A DNA stretch of 64,000 bases, from contig OZ024742.1 of assembly GCA_964016885.1 (NCBI GenBank), positions 162,316,001-162,380,000 of the forward strand, written 5' to 3'. The translations under genes were made by a program, and so were the position numbers. The DNA comes from Eledone cirrhosa. Lineage: Eukaryota. The notes beneath the pieces were generated by a model. It had not been told where the DNA came from. It ran no database searches and saw only the letters and a program-made list of their open reading frames with translations. This document shows, in pieces, positions 1 to 13,500 of this stretch (position 1 is its first letter; each line of letters begins with the position of its first letter).

Positions 1-19
1 TGCAATCATTATCAGGTAA

Positions 20-912
20 TCATTGATAATATGTGCAAAAGATAGTCATTTGTGAGCACCGTTAATGTCAGATTGGGAGGTAAACACACAAGAAAAAAAC
101 AAAAGAAAACAGTAAGAAAATTTTTCACACTGAGATCAATAGCATAAGGTGATGTAGTATGTTGTAGCTTGGTATGGTATGGTTTGCCTTGGTGTAGTTT
201 GGTGAAGTTATGACATGGAAACCAATCGTAAATGGTAGATTTCCATGTCATATACATTGATAATGTGTGAAAAAATAGTTAATTGCAAGCACCTTTAATG
301 TCAGATTGGGTGGTAAGCACACAAACAAAAAACAAAAACAAAGAAGCGTAAAAAAGTTGTCACACTGAGATCAAGGAGTGGGTGTTCTTCAATAAATTTA
401 CCATGATATGATATAGTATGGTGTAGTTTAGGGCAGTTTAATGCGGTGTGGTTTGCTTTGTTATAATGTGTTTCCCTATTAAGTAAGGGCTTTAATTTCC
501 CCTTTGATTTAAGTGAGAAAAACATTTTTTTCCTTCATTTTTCCATGTGCTATCAACTAATCCAACCTCCAAGATGCTCGCAGTTGACAAATTTTTTGCA
601 TATTAACAACAAATATGATTTTCACTGCAATCAAAAATGACTAGCTTTGTGAATAGTCTTTCCGCCCTCTTTTTTCTACAAATCTAGTCATTTTTGATAG
701 GTTTCAAAGTGATATTCATTGATAATATGTGAAAAAAATAGTCAATTGGGAGCACCTTTAATGTCAAAGAAACAAAAAAAAAAAAATACGAAGAAAATTT
801 TTCACATAGATCAATACCATGGTGTTATTTAGTATGGTGTAGTTTGGTATGGTGTGGTTTGGTGTAGTTTAATGTGGTGTGGTCTGCTTTGTTATATGTC
901 TGCTTTGTTATA
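20..912. repeat. Three degenerate copies of a ~230-bp AT-rich repeat
   Basis: Blocks gataatatgtg..aaatagtc..gagcacc..ttaatgtca and tggtgtagtttgg recur near 25, 258 and 720. Confidence 0.6.
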
Positions 913-1080
913 ATTAAATGTCTCTATGGTTTGAGGGAGATTTCATTGCTACTACTAGCATTGCTTAAGACACCAAAAAAAATTATTTTACTGGTGTTCC
1001 CATAATTTTACAAAACTGTGTGGTATGATGGAGATTTGATGTTATTTGTAATAGATTTTATGTCATATTTATATATATTT

Positions 1081-1281
1081 AGGAAAAAGTATGACCCCGA
1101 CGCAGAGCTCAAGCCGTTTCGACGGCTATTTCTGGACTATTTCTGTCCAGAAATAGCCGTCGAAACGGCTTGAGCTCTGCCGTCGGGGCCATACTTTTTC
1201 CTATTACCCACTCTACTACCCTAAGTATTGAGTACTCTGGTGCGTTATGGTCCATCTGGTTCGTTATCACAATTCCTTCGT

Positions 1282-1282
<1 letters not shown>
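1081..1282 (+). mobile_element. Short fold-back copy of a PLE-related non-autonomous element (same family as 35682-37330)
   Basis: ~57-bp near-perfect hairpin (1081-1203) followed by a tail near-identical to 37250-37330; ends at (TA)n. Confidence 0.7.
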
Positions 1283-1311
<29 letters not shown>

Positions 1312-1312
<1 letters not shown>

Positions 1313-2117
1313 TTTGTGAAATGGGTGTTGGTTGAAATTCAGATTAAATGGTAGTAGACATGGTGGGACGGACATGAAAATTTACACACCTATGTAAAAA
1401 GTGCCAAGGAAGCAAATAGATGCGGTTTCAAATCTCTAACTTGAAAAATGTGGTCCCTAGGGCCCCCAAACGGTCTATTTACTATCGCGTTCGGTGAGTT
1501 ATTTCCCCCTGTTCTAATACTTGGATGAGTTATTTACAATTTCATACAAATTTTTAAACTCATCAACGTTCTTTCGCTGTTAACATACAGTACCAATAAT
1601 TTGAAAAATATTATTGAAAGTTTATTATAAAGAAGCAGTTCCAGGAAAAAGTGTAAACTATCATACAAACCTTCATAATATGCATTTTTAAACTTGCATA
1701 TAATCGACATTGCTATTTCGATGTTAATAAACTATCATCCTTCTACATTTAACGATCATACAGTACCGTTTTATGAAATCGATTCTGCAGTACGGTCACT
1801 GTTTTCCACCAAAAGAAATAAAACCCTTAAATTGCGAAGAAGGCACGCGTGTTTTTATTTTAATTCTAATACATGTTAACCACCACTAACAGTAAGTAGT
1901 ATTTTTCAAATTGCATATCATCGACATTGCTATTTCGCTGTTAATAAACAACGCTTTTCACGTCGCTCCACTTCTCATTGTACGGCGTCCAGCCCCAAGT
2001 GCATATTTCTATTTTTTTCTCCTGAAACTGCTTCTTTATAATAAACTTTCAATAATATTTTTCAAATTATTAACTTAATAAAAAGTGGCGCCGGGTGCAA
2101 CCGGGCTCAGCTGCTAG
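1312..2117 (+). mobile_element. Non-autonomous Helitron-like element
   Basis: 3' end ccgggtgcaaccggg hairpin ~10 nt before terminal CTAG|T (2114-2117); internal inverted repeat 1595-1650/2015-2072; 5' end hidden in the TA run. Confidence 0.55.
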
Positions 2118-2127
2118 TATATATATA

Positions 2128-2733
2128 AATGAAAATATAGAAATTATTGTGAGCAAGAAACCAACAGTATTTCATAATATATAAGTGACTATAACGTCAA
2201 AATGGAAAATAATTAACGTAAGATATGGGAAAATAATTCAAACTCAATTAAAAAAAACCCAGGACAGAGATTTTATCCACAGATTTTGTGAAATCCAGGG
2301 AAAAACCAATAGAGTCTTAACTCAGAATCAAATAAAGCTTAAATACTCATCCTTCAATTTGGAAAAACTACAAATGCTCTATATAGTCTTAAAAAGACTA
2401 TTTCACGAAACTTTTCAGTGGGGATGGTCACGGTTGGAGTCGTTCATCAGTAGAGCTCAAACCCGATAACCCTAATCACTGCCAGAATATGCCAAAATGG
2501 GAATTTAAAAGCAGGCTAGTTCACCTCGTGCGGAAGTATAAACATAAACACACATGGCGAGACATGGCTGGTGACGTCAGAATGAGACGAATGTCTATTT
2601 ACAAGAAACAGCAGTCAAAAACATTCCGAAAAAACTCTACAAAATGTAAGGAGTTCAGCAAAATAGCAATATTATCGCGGTTTTTTAAAAAAAAAGACCG
2701 AGGTTAGTCACAAATAATTTTAAGCACTCTAGG
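2128..2733 (-). mobile_element. Non-autonomous HHR-bearing element flanked by microsatellites (second copy at 60466-60977, opposite orientation)
   Basis: Reverse-complement similarity to 60466-60977 along most of its length; contains a full type I hammerhead. Confidence 0.7.
2376..2456 (-). ncRNA. Type I hammerhead ribozyme, complete
   Basis: Minus strand: GCUCUA-CUGAUGA-ACGA...UCGU-GAAA-UAGUCUU-UUU-AAGACUA-UA/UAGAGC; all three stems pair; cleavage triplet AUA. Confidence 0.85.
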
Positions 2734-2734
2734 A

Positions 2735-2806
<72 letters not shown>

Positions 2807-2890
2807 ATGTGTGTGTGTGCGTGCTTATGTGTATTTTGTATAATTATGTGTGTATATGTATACAGTATACAGGTGTGTGTATGTGTGTGT
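2735..2890. repeat. (TG)n microsatellite
   Basis: Directly visible. Confidence 0.9.
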
Positions 2891-3353
2891 TTTCTTTCTG
2901 TGGTTATATCTGACCATAACAAATACTTTGAGCTCTACATTAAATAAGCTGTTTTCAATACAGAAGAGACAGCATTGAAATAATTGAAAAAACTCATAAT
3001 TAAAAAGGAATTAATTAATTAAGAACCCAACATTCAATTGTTAGCAGCTATCCTCGATACAATTGTCTAAAATAATAAAATCTCTTATTTTGTTCATAAT
3101 TTTCATAATAATTCATATTTTTTATTGCAATTTTATAGAGATACTTATTAAAGTGTGTAGATTCAAGAACTGGAAAGTAATATATAAATTTAAAGTAGGT
3201 TTGACTAATACTAGTATATGTGATCTATGGTATATTTCTATGCTATTCCTCACATTTTCTTGAGATTGTTCTGTATGTTTACAGATTTACTTCCCCTTCA
3301 CTTGAAAATTTATATGATTTTGCACACCTGCAATTTTATTCCAATGACTAGAA

Positions 3354-3649
3354 CAGTCACGGACAACCTGCGGCCCGCAAAGCTTTCTGAATGGCTCGCC
3401 TAAGTCACCTAAGTGAAATCTTTCTGATTTTTTTTTACCCCAAACTTTCAGTCGTAATTTATCTTTCTATCATTTTTACGATCGAGGAAAACGACGTGTA
3501 CAAATTCTGAAGAAACAAATCAAAACAACCTGAGTTACCATCCTTTTTTAAATGGGGGGAGGGGGGCATGTAAATTAGCGTTAGCGGACTGCCTGATGAT
3601 AAGACATATCTCATGCGGCCCGCTTCTGGAAAAAGGCTGCCCATGCTTG
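3354..3649. mobile_element. hAT/Charlie-type MITE
   Basis: Imperfect TIRs cagtcacggacaacc / ggctgcccatgcttg, internal gcggcccgc motifs, 8-bp TSD gactagaa / gactagag. Confidence 0.75.
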
Positions 3650-4189
3650 GACTAGAGCAACAATGCCATCAATAATTACAGGAATAGTATTGAATGTATT
3701 TAATTTTTAAAGACTAGTTACGATGTGTTGAATTTACCAGGATTACTGGATACAGACGGAATCACCTCAACATTTAGAAATTCATATTTCCATATATTAG
3801 TTATTTACATAATAATACCCTATAGTTTATATTGATTACTGACATATAGAAATGATTAAAGGGGAAAATGATATTTTAATAATATATTTCTAGAATATAA
3901 TTACATAAATGTTCAGCATGTATGGACATATGACATACAGGGATAAATGTATGAGTAACTTAGGAGAAATAACTTTTTACAGGTCAAATGTAGCATTAGA
4001 ACCCAAGATTCTATCTAGTAACGTTACTCCAAAGAACCTTCAGGGGAAACTCATTTCGGTCACTTGTATTCGAAATCGTATTCTTTCGGCCATTACTCTA
4101 GATTCAAAGCCATAGGTAAGGATTAGCACTAATACTGAATTAAAGATAGTGAGTTTGGATTTTACACTGCCTCCCTTCTTCTGATTATT

Positions 4190-4348
4190 GAATGCTGAAG
4201 CTAGTGCATTACTGCACCAGCACCTGCAATTCTTGCACTTAATTCAGCCTCCTGCTTTCCATTATTTGTGAACATGGCCTCGAGATACTTCTCCACCTTC
4301 TTCAGTGGAACTCCATTCACATGTAGAGAGCACTGAACTGGCTTCCAT
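4190..4348 (-). mobile_element. RTE-clade LINE fragment (post-RT region)
   Basis: Minus translation PVQCSLHVNGVPLKKVEKYLEAMFTNNGKQEAELSARIAGAGAVM resembles the RTE QVE.FKYLG region. Confidence 0.55.
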
Positions 4349-4924
4349 GAGATTATATATATATATATAGTGTATGTGTGTGTTGTAACATAGAGTTTAT
4401 TTTTCCTTTAAAGAGAAATAAGCCGCTATCAAAGTTAACAAAATTGATTGAAAACAGACAACAGTTGCTACTGAAGAAATAAACACACTCACGCACATAT
4501 TTGTGTGTGTGTGTGTTTTGTTATTAATATATTTTCATTCTGTAAGAATTCTAAACAATGTCTAATGTTCTGCCGAAATGTGGATGTAATTTGTGTTGTC
4601 CACTGGCACTCTTTCTGGTATCTTGGAAATTCTGTCTGGTTTCATTTGGACTCAAATTTCCAAGCTTGTATCATTCCAGGTGTTTCTTGTGGATTTTTGA
4701 ATCAACAGTATTGTGTCTTCATCCTCCTGCCAGAATCCACCAGATGTTAATATTTGGTGGTATGTTTGTAATATTTATTCTCTGTGTCCTTTTTCCCATG
4801 TATGTAGGGAAAAGGGTGTATTTGGCAGAGGTGACCGAGGTCACCAAGTATTTTTGTGCAAGGGCCTCGCTTTTGAAAAGCACCAAAATGCTTCCATATT
4901 ACTTAGCCCTTTGTATGACATGAA

Positions 4925-7900
4925 TATCCGGCATTGCCTCTTTCAAGACGATTTCAATGACCCACCCGCTGACAATTCAGACGGAGGGCAAATCTACGAG
5001 TTGGAAGTGTGAATGTACGTGGCCTAGGGATGCTCTGAAAACAGGGCCAACTTTTAAACGACCTTAGGTCACATGGTATAGATGTGATAGCCATCAGCGA
5101 GTCCAGGATCCACAACAAGCAGCAACTAAGCCCCATCTTTGATGACTTTGAGATCTACTCATCTCTCTGTCAGCCAGGAGGTGGAGGGAGAATGGCTGTT
5201 ATGTTTCAATAAAACCTGGACCTCAAAATACAGTAAATACACTTGGACCCAGAGGGTAGACTGGTGGTCTTAGACGTGAACAGTATTGAAGGTGGAGCCT
5301 TCAGACTGGTGGCTGTTTATGCCTCGACTGGGACATCGCGACCAGACTTCTTTAAGCGTCTAGAGTTCTTTCTGGGAACGCATTGCTCCTTGCTTTTAGT
5401 GGGGGACTGGAATGGTATCCTGGACGCACGTTGGGACTATGTAGGAACATGTCTCAGTAGAGGTGGGTGCAACAGCCTCAAAAATTTAATCGGCCAATTC
5501 CAACTGGCCGATAGGTATCGACTAGATTTCCCAACTAGGAAAATGTTAAGCTGTCCACAAATGTACATGGTTGCCTATAAAGACCACAAACTAGTCACTT
5601 GCATAGTCAACCATGGTAGAATGTATAGACAAGGACCTGGATACTGGAAGCTGAACAAGTCGTTACCAACACATAAAGCCTACAGTAGATGGATAAATAG
5701 TTTAGTTAAGCACCAGTTGACGGGAGCCATCGTGAACAATAGCTTTTTACAAAGAACAAGCTTTAGAGACAGATAAAACAGAAAAAGAACTGGTAGCCAA
5801 GGTAGAGGAGGTGCTTAGGAGTGGCAACGCAGCTAGTGCTAGCAACTAGAACAGCACTGGACCAGTTCTTCGATTCGAAACACGAAGGCTGCGTTGTCAG
5901 GAGTAGATCACGTGCTCTATGAAATGAGCGAGCAAAAGCTGTTAGCTGGGCCCAAGTGGCAGAAGCGAAAAGTGGCAACAAGTCCACAATTCGGTCTTTG
6001 AAGGACCAAAACGGACATGATTCCAGGAAGATGTGCACGGCCTTTCAGCGGCACTTTGCGCAACTGTCCGAGCAGAGCGGTGCGCCAAACGAGGCAATGG
6101 ACTTCGGCTCATACCTCGACAGCCTACTGCGTCTCTTGAGCATGAACGCCAAGTTCTGCGAAAGACCGATCACAGCCACTGTGATACGGGATGCTCTAGG
6201 TCACTGCGGGAAATGCAAATCACCCGGTCTAGATGGTCTGCCCTATGAGTTTTACATAGGCATGCCGGACTAGTTCTCTGGCATCCTCGAAGCCGTCTAC
6301 TGCAACTGGCAGTAGAACGGGAGAATTCCAAGTTCTGTAGGCAGGGGCGTAGTAACGCTGATCAGGAAAGACGAGAACAAGGGGGATGAGATAAGTAACT
6401 TCAGGCCCATAACTCTCCTAAACACAGAGTTAAAGATTTTGGCCAAGGTGTTAGCAACGAGGCTGGCACTTGTCGTCGAGAACTTGGTGGGAAAAGTTCA
6501 AACGCGTGCAATTCCAACCAGGTCCATACATGACAACCTCCACCTCATGCAATACATCATAGAGAGGGTAGGGTGTAAACCCGGCTTCAGTGTGGCTCTG
6601 ATCAATTTAGATCAGTCTAAGGCATTTGATAGGGTTGATCATTGATACTTGGAAGCAGTTCTCAAGGCGGCCAGTCTTAGACCCGCCTTCAGGGTCTGGA
6701 TCACAGCCATGCACACCAACATCTGCTCGACAGTCAAGGTGAACGGCTACCTATCAGAGCCGTTCCAAATCACGTGTTCCATCCGACAGGATGCCCTCTC
6801 TCATCCATTCTGTACGTATTGACTCTCGAGCCACTACTGCGGAAGCAGGAGCTTTTGCAGGGCATCCCGTTGGAACCGGGACTGCGAAAAGTGGCGTCGG
6901 CTTATGCTGACGACATGACAGTAATGGTGTCAAAAACCTCGGAAATCGGGGCGATCAGCAACTTACTGCAGGAATACGAAAGGCTTACAGGAGCAAAACT
7001 CAACTCGGACAAGTCTATCGGTTTGCAACTCGGAACATGGAGAGGCAAACCGATGCCATCCGACAGCGTTGTTGGACGCTGGATGGAAGGACTGGTGAAA
7101 TTGCTCGGCGTCTGGTTTGGTCCGGACCTCGAGGTGGAGAAAAACTGGAACGAGGTCACGGCCAAGGTATTTGCGCTCATCCAGAAATGGGCAGAGTGCA
7201 AACTATCCTTGATAGGTGGAGCGGAGGTGGCAAACACTTTCATAGCTCTTCCAATTCCTTTGGAAGAAGCAGGCTCCCCTGGTGAGGAAATCCGTCTGCA
7301 GCCAGCACCCTTCCAACGGTGGGCTGGGAATGCCGTGGCTGATGATGCGCACGCAAACACACTCTGAGGCTACGGCATCTCCAGGTATTCCTCACCAACC
7401 AACCGGTGTGGGCCTCTTTTTGTGAGACGAACCTTTACGCAACTTGTCTCGCTGATGGAGCTGCAGTTCTGGGTCAAGCAGAGACAGAAGAAAATGGGCG
7501 CCTGGCACATTGAATGCACTCACAGTCCTCTGTCAAGCGGGCACACCAATCAGTGGCAACTCCACTTCGTCATTCTATAGAGGGATAGTACGATACAAGT
7601 GCGACAACGTTCTCGGAGAGACTCTGGGCGTCGAAGAAGATGAGATCACCAGTCTGTTTGGTAGGACTTTTCGCCCAGGACCTATGGACAACTTCCAAAG
7701 GTCCCTGGCCTGGCAGTGCTACCGAGGAGCTCTACGAGTACGTGATAAAATATACAGGCACGGATGCCCCTGTAGGGATCCTTCAAAGAGGACGTATCCA
7801 AGATGCAAGCGGGACATTAAAACCGTCCTGCATGCAATTGTACACTGCCCTGGCATAACCGACCTGTGGAACTATGCAGAACAACTGCTGTCGTGTGTGG

Positions 7901-8445
7901 GACAAATCCAGTTGACTGCTGAGTTCATAGTAAGGATCAAACTGCCACCTTCATTTAAAAATGAAGGTGGCGGTTTTCCTCTGTATAGTGGCTATGGTGA
8001 AAGAGGTTATATCATGGACAAGGTTGAGAGGACTGAAGACAGATGCCTTTCTCTCCGGACAACAACTCATTCCCTTCTTTAGTTACCACTTTAAAAGGAG
8101 AATCAGAGTGGAGAGAGAGGTACTGCACCCCAGTAAATTTACTGAAAGGTGGGTGAATGTGACGAGAATGGTCCGAGTGTTTGGGCATTCTTTGTATATA
8201 ATCCTGTAGGTTGAAGAAGAGAGCGAAAGGAAGAAAGGAGCATTTGCACAACATGCTCCTGGAGTTGAGGGTTGTTCTATCTACGGGGTATAAAACAACT
8301 TATTTGCAACGCCTCCCCCCTATTGGGGATTTCGATTGTTATATTTTCATGTTAAAACTTTTTTTACACGACTGTTTGTAAAATCCCCGCCACATGTCTT
8401 AGTATTGTCCCTTTTTCTTGTGTGCCCTTGTGGTAAATAAAGAAA
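4925..8445 (+). mobile_element. Decayed L1/Tx1-clade LINE ORF2 (APE endonuclease, RT, C-terminal Cys motif) plus 3' UTR
   Basis: SVNVRGL, AISES and GDWN (APE); PGLDG, RPITLLN, LDQSKAFDRVDH, GCPLS and AYADD (RT); RC..TVLHAIVHC; many stops and frameshifts; ends aataaagaa before (tcta)n. Confidence 0.9.
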
Positions 8446-8617
8446 TCTATCTATCTATCAATCTATCTCTATACATGTGTGTGTATAACTATGAAGGCCA
8501 GTTACTACAACGGCTCCATGCCAGGTACATACGTTTTGTTGGCCCTGAAGACCAGCTTGTTCAACCGGGGCCGATCAAAATGTAAATATATATATGACCA
8601 TGATATTTTGCACCTAG

Positions 8618-8790
8618 AAGGTTTCCCTCCAAGACAAAAGCCTGGGTAAGGTTTGTTTGTGGAAGATCAGTAGTCACCCATACATACAAGTACCTCCTCT
8701 CCACGCCACCAATGTTGTCCAAGGGAAAGGCAATGGTTGATACAGCTTGGCACCAGTGACGTCGCAACTCAATTCTACAGCTGCGTAAAC
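8618..8790 (-). mobile_element. SINE 3' part (family of 34417-34705)
   Basis: Reverse complement matches 34535-34705. Confidence 0.7.
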
Positions 8791-8997
8791 TCAGAGTTGC
8801 TGAAGCATGAAACAAACTACCTGCATCCTTCAAAGCTGCCATGCTTCCTGAAATTCACCAACACTACACCTGATATCCCGCCTCCATACACATGCACACA
8901 TATATCATGACTCATATATATTTCCTGACATTATTCTACGTACTATACATGCACCTTTAATGAGTTGTAGTGCACCTGAGCACTGTACACGATAATT

Positions 8998-9035
<38 letters not shown>

Positions 9036-9036
9036 T
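8791..9036 (+). mobile_element. CR1-type LINE 3' end with (ATT)n tail
   Basis: Reverse complement of 9926-10175 and 13913-14175; ends in a long (tta)n run. Confidence 0.8.
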
Positions 9037-9516
9037 TATACTAACAACAACAGTAACAACAATAGTAATAGAGCACGCCAGATTTAATGACAACAAGACC
9101 TGTAAAGAAAAACATCTTGGAAACCCACAGTTTTGGTGGGGATTTTGATATCTAGAATGTGTTGAAGTAGAGGAAATGATGATGATGGTGATAAGGTGGT
9201 AGTTAGTACAAAGACTTGCGTGTGGGTTCATTTTTGTTTTCCAAACATTTTTCTAGTCTTCTTATTGAGTCACTAAACCACACCCATCCAGTGTTGCACA
9301 CACAACCTTGCCTGGGGTTTTAAGGCTTCAAGGTCTTTAAGTGTGCATGAATCATAGGGGTAAACTAGAAGGTGCTCCATGGTTTGTAATTGCCCAGATT
9401 GTCGGTTGGAATAATCATCAGTGGGTGGCATATCCCCATTTCTGAAGGTTGGCTACACTACATGCTATTTTCTGCTCAAAAGGGAGTGCACATTATACAT
9501 GAATTAAGTCTTCAGT

Positions 9517-9720
9517 TTAACCCTTTTGATACCAACCCACCTAAAACCAGCTCTGGTTCTATGGAACAAAACCATCCATTTGAAAGTGTTCCTGTTTAAA
9601 TTAATTCTAACATACTTTTCTATAAGAAACTTTTGATAAGCTGTGTTACAAATACTATCTTAATAATAAAATAATTAGTAAATCCCTCTAAATTCTTCAT
9701 TATTAATTTAATTCAAACAC
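9517..9720. mobile_element. MITE end beginning ttaacccttttgatacc (TTAA-type); matching opposite end at ~24300-24408
   Basis: 9517-9562 is the reverse complement of 24362-24408. Confidence 0.45.
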
Positions 9721-9730
9721 AATATATTAT

Positions 9731-9924
9731 ATAATAATTGTTTCTACTTTTTGGCACAAGGCCAGCAATTATCTCAGTGCATTACTGGTACTTTATTTTA
9801 TCGACCCCGTAAGGATGAAAGGCAAAGTTAACCTCGGCGGGATTTGAACGCAGAATGGCAAGGGCCGTAACCCTATGCGTCAAAGCATGGCGTCCGACCC
9901 CCTACCGATACTGCCAATCCACCG
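9731..9924 (-). mobile_element. tRNA-derived SINE, family A
   Basis: A/B-box-like head (tggcagtatcggtag..gttcaaatccc) and body gaggttaactttgcctttcatcc shared with several other copies in the window. Confidence 0.85.
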
Positions 9925-10590
9925 AAATTATTGTGTACAGTGCTCAGGTACACTACAACTTATCAAAGGTGCATGTATAGTACATAGAGCAATATACAAA
10001 TGTCAGGGAAGTGAATAGTGTATGTGTCATGATATACATGTGTGCGTGTGTATGGAGGGGGAATATTAGGTGTAGTGTTGGCGAATCTCAGGAAGCATGG
10101 AGGTTTTAAAGGATGCAGTGTCTCTAGAGTTAATAACTGATGCAGGTGGTTTGTTCCATGCTTCAGCAACTCTGAGCGTGAAAAAATGTTTCCGAAAGTC
10201 ATGGGAGCTGTGCTGTTTTCTGACTTTGGTGGCATGTCCACGTGTGTTAGACACATGTAAATCAAAAAGGTACTCAGGGTTGTTGTTGGCAAGATGGTTA
10301 ATGATTTTGTGGGTGTTTACCAAATCAGTTTCCAGATGTCAGAGCTTCAATGTATCCATGCCCAGAAAAGCAAGGCGTTCAGAGTATGGTAGATGCCTGA
10401 TGGAGGGTATTCGCTTGGTTGCACATCTCTGAACAGTCTCCAGGAGGTCAATGTTCTGAGCAAGATAGGGGTTCCAGACTGGTGATGCAAATTCTAAGTG
10501 TGGCCATACCATAGCTATATATAGCTTTAAATTGATAGCTGGAGAGTGGCTGACAAAGGCCTTCTTGACAATTTTAGTGATGTGCTTTGT
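9925..10590 (-). mobile_element. 5'-truncated CR1-type LINE copy
   Basis: Highly similar to 13913-14620; encodes QRCATKRIP..YSERL..RKHFFTLRVAEAWNK. Confidence 0.85.
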
Positions 10591-13500
10591 GATGGCTAGT
10601 TTAGGTAGTGGTGGTGGTGATATGGCTAGTTTAGGTGGTGGTGGTGGGGATATTGGCTAGTTTAGGTGGTGGTGGTGGTGATATTGGCTAGTTTAGGTGG
10701 TGGTGGTGGTACTGGCTAGTTTAGGTGGTGGTGGGGGGGATATTGGCTAGATTAGGTGGTGGTGGTGGGGATATTGGCTAGTTTAGGTGGTGGTGGCGGT
10801 GGTACTGGCTAGTTTAGGTAGTGGTGGTGGGGATATTGGCTAGTTTAGGTGGTGGTGGGGGTGGTACTGGCTAGTTTAGGTAGTGGTGGTGGGGATATTG
10901 GCTAGTTTAGGTGGTGGTGGTGGGGATATTGGATAGTTTAGGTGGTGGTGGTGGGGATATTGGATAGTTTAGGTGGTAGTGGGGGTGGTACTGGCTAGTT
11001 TAGGTGGTGGTGGTGGGGATATTGGCTAGTTTAGGTGGTGGTGGTGGTACTGGCTAGTTTAGGTAGTGGTGGTGGGGATATTGGCTAGTTTAGGTGGTGG
11101 TGGGGGTGGTACTGGCTAGTTTAGGTAGTGGTGGTGGAGATATTGGCTAGTTTAGGTGGTGGTGGTGAAACTGGCTAGTTAAGGTGGTGGTGGTGGTACT
11201 GGCTAGTTTAGGTGGTGGTGGTGGTGATACTGGCTAGTTAAGGTGGTGGTGGTGGTGGTTTCTGGCTAGCTTAGGTGGTGGTGATACTGGCTAGTTTAGG
11301 TAGTGGTGGTGGTGGTGGTGGTGATATTGAATAGTTTAGGTGGTGGTGGTGGTGGTGGTGGTGGTGATACTGGCTAGTTAAGGTAGTGGTGGTGGTGGTG
11401 ATATTGGTTAGTTTAGGTGGTCGTTGGCTAGTTTAGGTGGTGGTGATATTGGCTAGTTTAGGAGGTGGTGGTGATACTGGTTAGTTTAGGTGGTGGTGGT
11501 GGTGGTAATACTGGCTAGTTTAGGTGGTGGTGGTGGTGGTGATACTGACTACTTTTGGTGGTGGTGGTGATACTGGCTAGTTTAGGTGGTGGTGGTGATA
11601 TTGGCTAGTTTAGGTGGTGGTGGTGGTGGAATTGGCTAGTTTAGGTGGTGGTGGTGATATTGGGTAGTTTAGGTGGTGGTGGTGATACTGGCTAGTTTAG
11701 GTGGTGGTGGTGATATTGGCTAGTTTAGGTGGTGGTGATATTGGCTAGTTTAGGTGGTGGTGGTGATATTGGGTAGTTTAGGAGGTGGTGGTGGTGGTGG
11801 TGGTGGTGATATTGGCTAGTTTAGGTGGTGGTGGTGATACTGGGTAGTTTAGGTGGTGGTGGTGATATTGGGTAGTTTAGGAGGTGGTGGTGGTGGTGGT
11901 GATATTGGCTAGTTTAGGTGGTGGTGGTGAAAATGGGTAGTTTAGGTGGTGGTGGTGGTGGTGATATTGGCTAGTTTAGGTGGTGGTGGTGGTGGTGATA
12001 CTGGATAGTTTAGGTGGTGGTGGTGCTGGTGATATTGGCTAGTTTAGGTGGTGGTGGTGGTGGTGATACTGGATAGTTTAGGTGGTGGTGGTGATACTGG
12101 CTAGTTTAGGTGGTGGTGGTGGTGATATTGACTAGTTTAGGTGGTGGTGGTGGTGATACTGGCTAGTTTAGGTGGTGGTGGTGGTGATACTGGCTAGTTT
12201 AGGTGGTGGTGGTCGTGGTGATATTGGTTAGCTTAGGAGGTGGTGGTGGTGGTGGTGGTGATATTGGCTACTTTAGGTGGTGGTGGTGGTGGTACTGACT
12301 TATTTAGGTGGTGGTGGTGGTGGTGGTACTGGCTAGGTTAGGTGGTGGTGGTGATACTGGCTAGTTTAGGTGGTGGTGGTGGTGATACTGGCTAGTTTAG
12401 GTGGTGCTGGTGGTGGTCATATTGGCTAGTTTAGGTGGTGATATTGGCTAGCTTAGGTGGTGGTGGTGTTACTGGCTAGTTTACGTGGTGGTGGTGGTGA
12501 TACTGGCTAGTTTAGGTGGTGGTGGTGGTACTGGCTAGTTTAGGTGATGGTGGTGATAGTGTTGGTGATATTGGTTAGCTTAGGTAGTGGTGGTGATGGG
12601 GTGGAGGTGTTGGTGATACAGACTATTTTAGGTGTTGGTGGTGGAGATACTTGCTAGTTTAGGTGGTGGTGGTGGTGATATTGGCTAGTTTAGGTGGTGG
12701 TGGAAGCAGTGATATTGGCTAGTTTAGGTGGTGGTGGTGGTGATATTGGCTAGTGTAGGTGGTGATGGTGGTGGTGATACTGGCTTGTTTAGGTGGTGGT
12801 GGTGATACAGTCTAGTTTAGGTGGTGGTGATATTGGCTAATTTAGGTGTTGGTGGTGGTCGTGGTGGTAATGGCTAGTTTAGGTGGTGGTGGTGATATTG
12901 TCTAGTTTAGGTGGTGGTACTGGCTAGTTTAGGTGGTGGTGGTGATGGTGATATTGGCTAATTTAGGTGGTGGTAGTGGTGATATTGGCTAGTTTAGGTG
13001 GTGGTGGTGGTGATATAGGCTAGTTTAGGTGGTGGTGGTGGTGATATTGGCTAGTTTAGGTGGTGGTGGTGGTGGTACTGGCTAGTTTAGGTGGTGGTGG
13101 TGATACTGGGTAGTTTAGGAGGTGGTGGTGATACTGGCTAGTCTAGGTGGTGGTGGTGGTGGTACTGGCTAGTTTAGGTGGTGGTGGTGATACTGGCTAG
13201 TTTAGGTGGTGGTGGTGGTGGTACTGGCTATTTTTGTTGTGGTGTTGGTGGTGATAGTGGCTAGTTTAGGTGGTGGTGGTGGTGGTGATACTGACTAGTT
13301 TAGGTGTTGGTGGTGATACTGGCTAGTCTAGGTGGTGGTGGTGATACTGGGTAGTTTAGGAGGTGGTGGTGATACTGGCTAGTCTAGGTGGTGGTGGTGG
13401 TGGTGATATTGGCTAGTTTAGGTGGTGGTGGTGATACTGGCTAGTCTAGGTGGTCGTGGTGGTGGTGGTACTGGCTAGTTTAGGTGGTGGTGCTGGTGAT

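Noticed and set aside
4505-5012. Overlapping short ORFs upstream of the Tx1/L1 ORF2 as ORF1
   Set aside because: No zinc knuckle or RRM-like signal; cannot be supported
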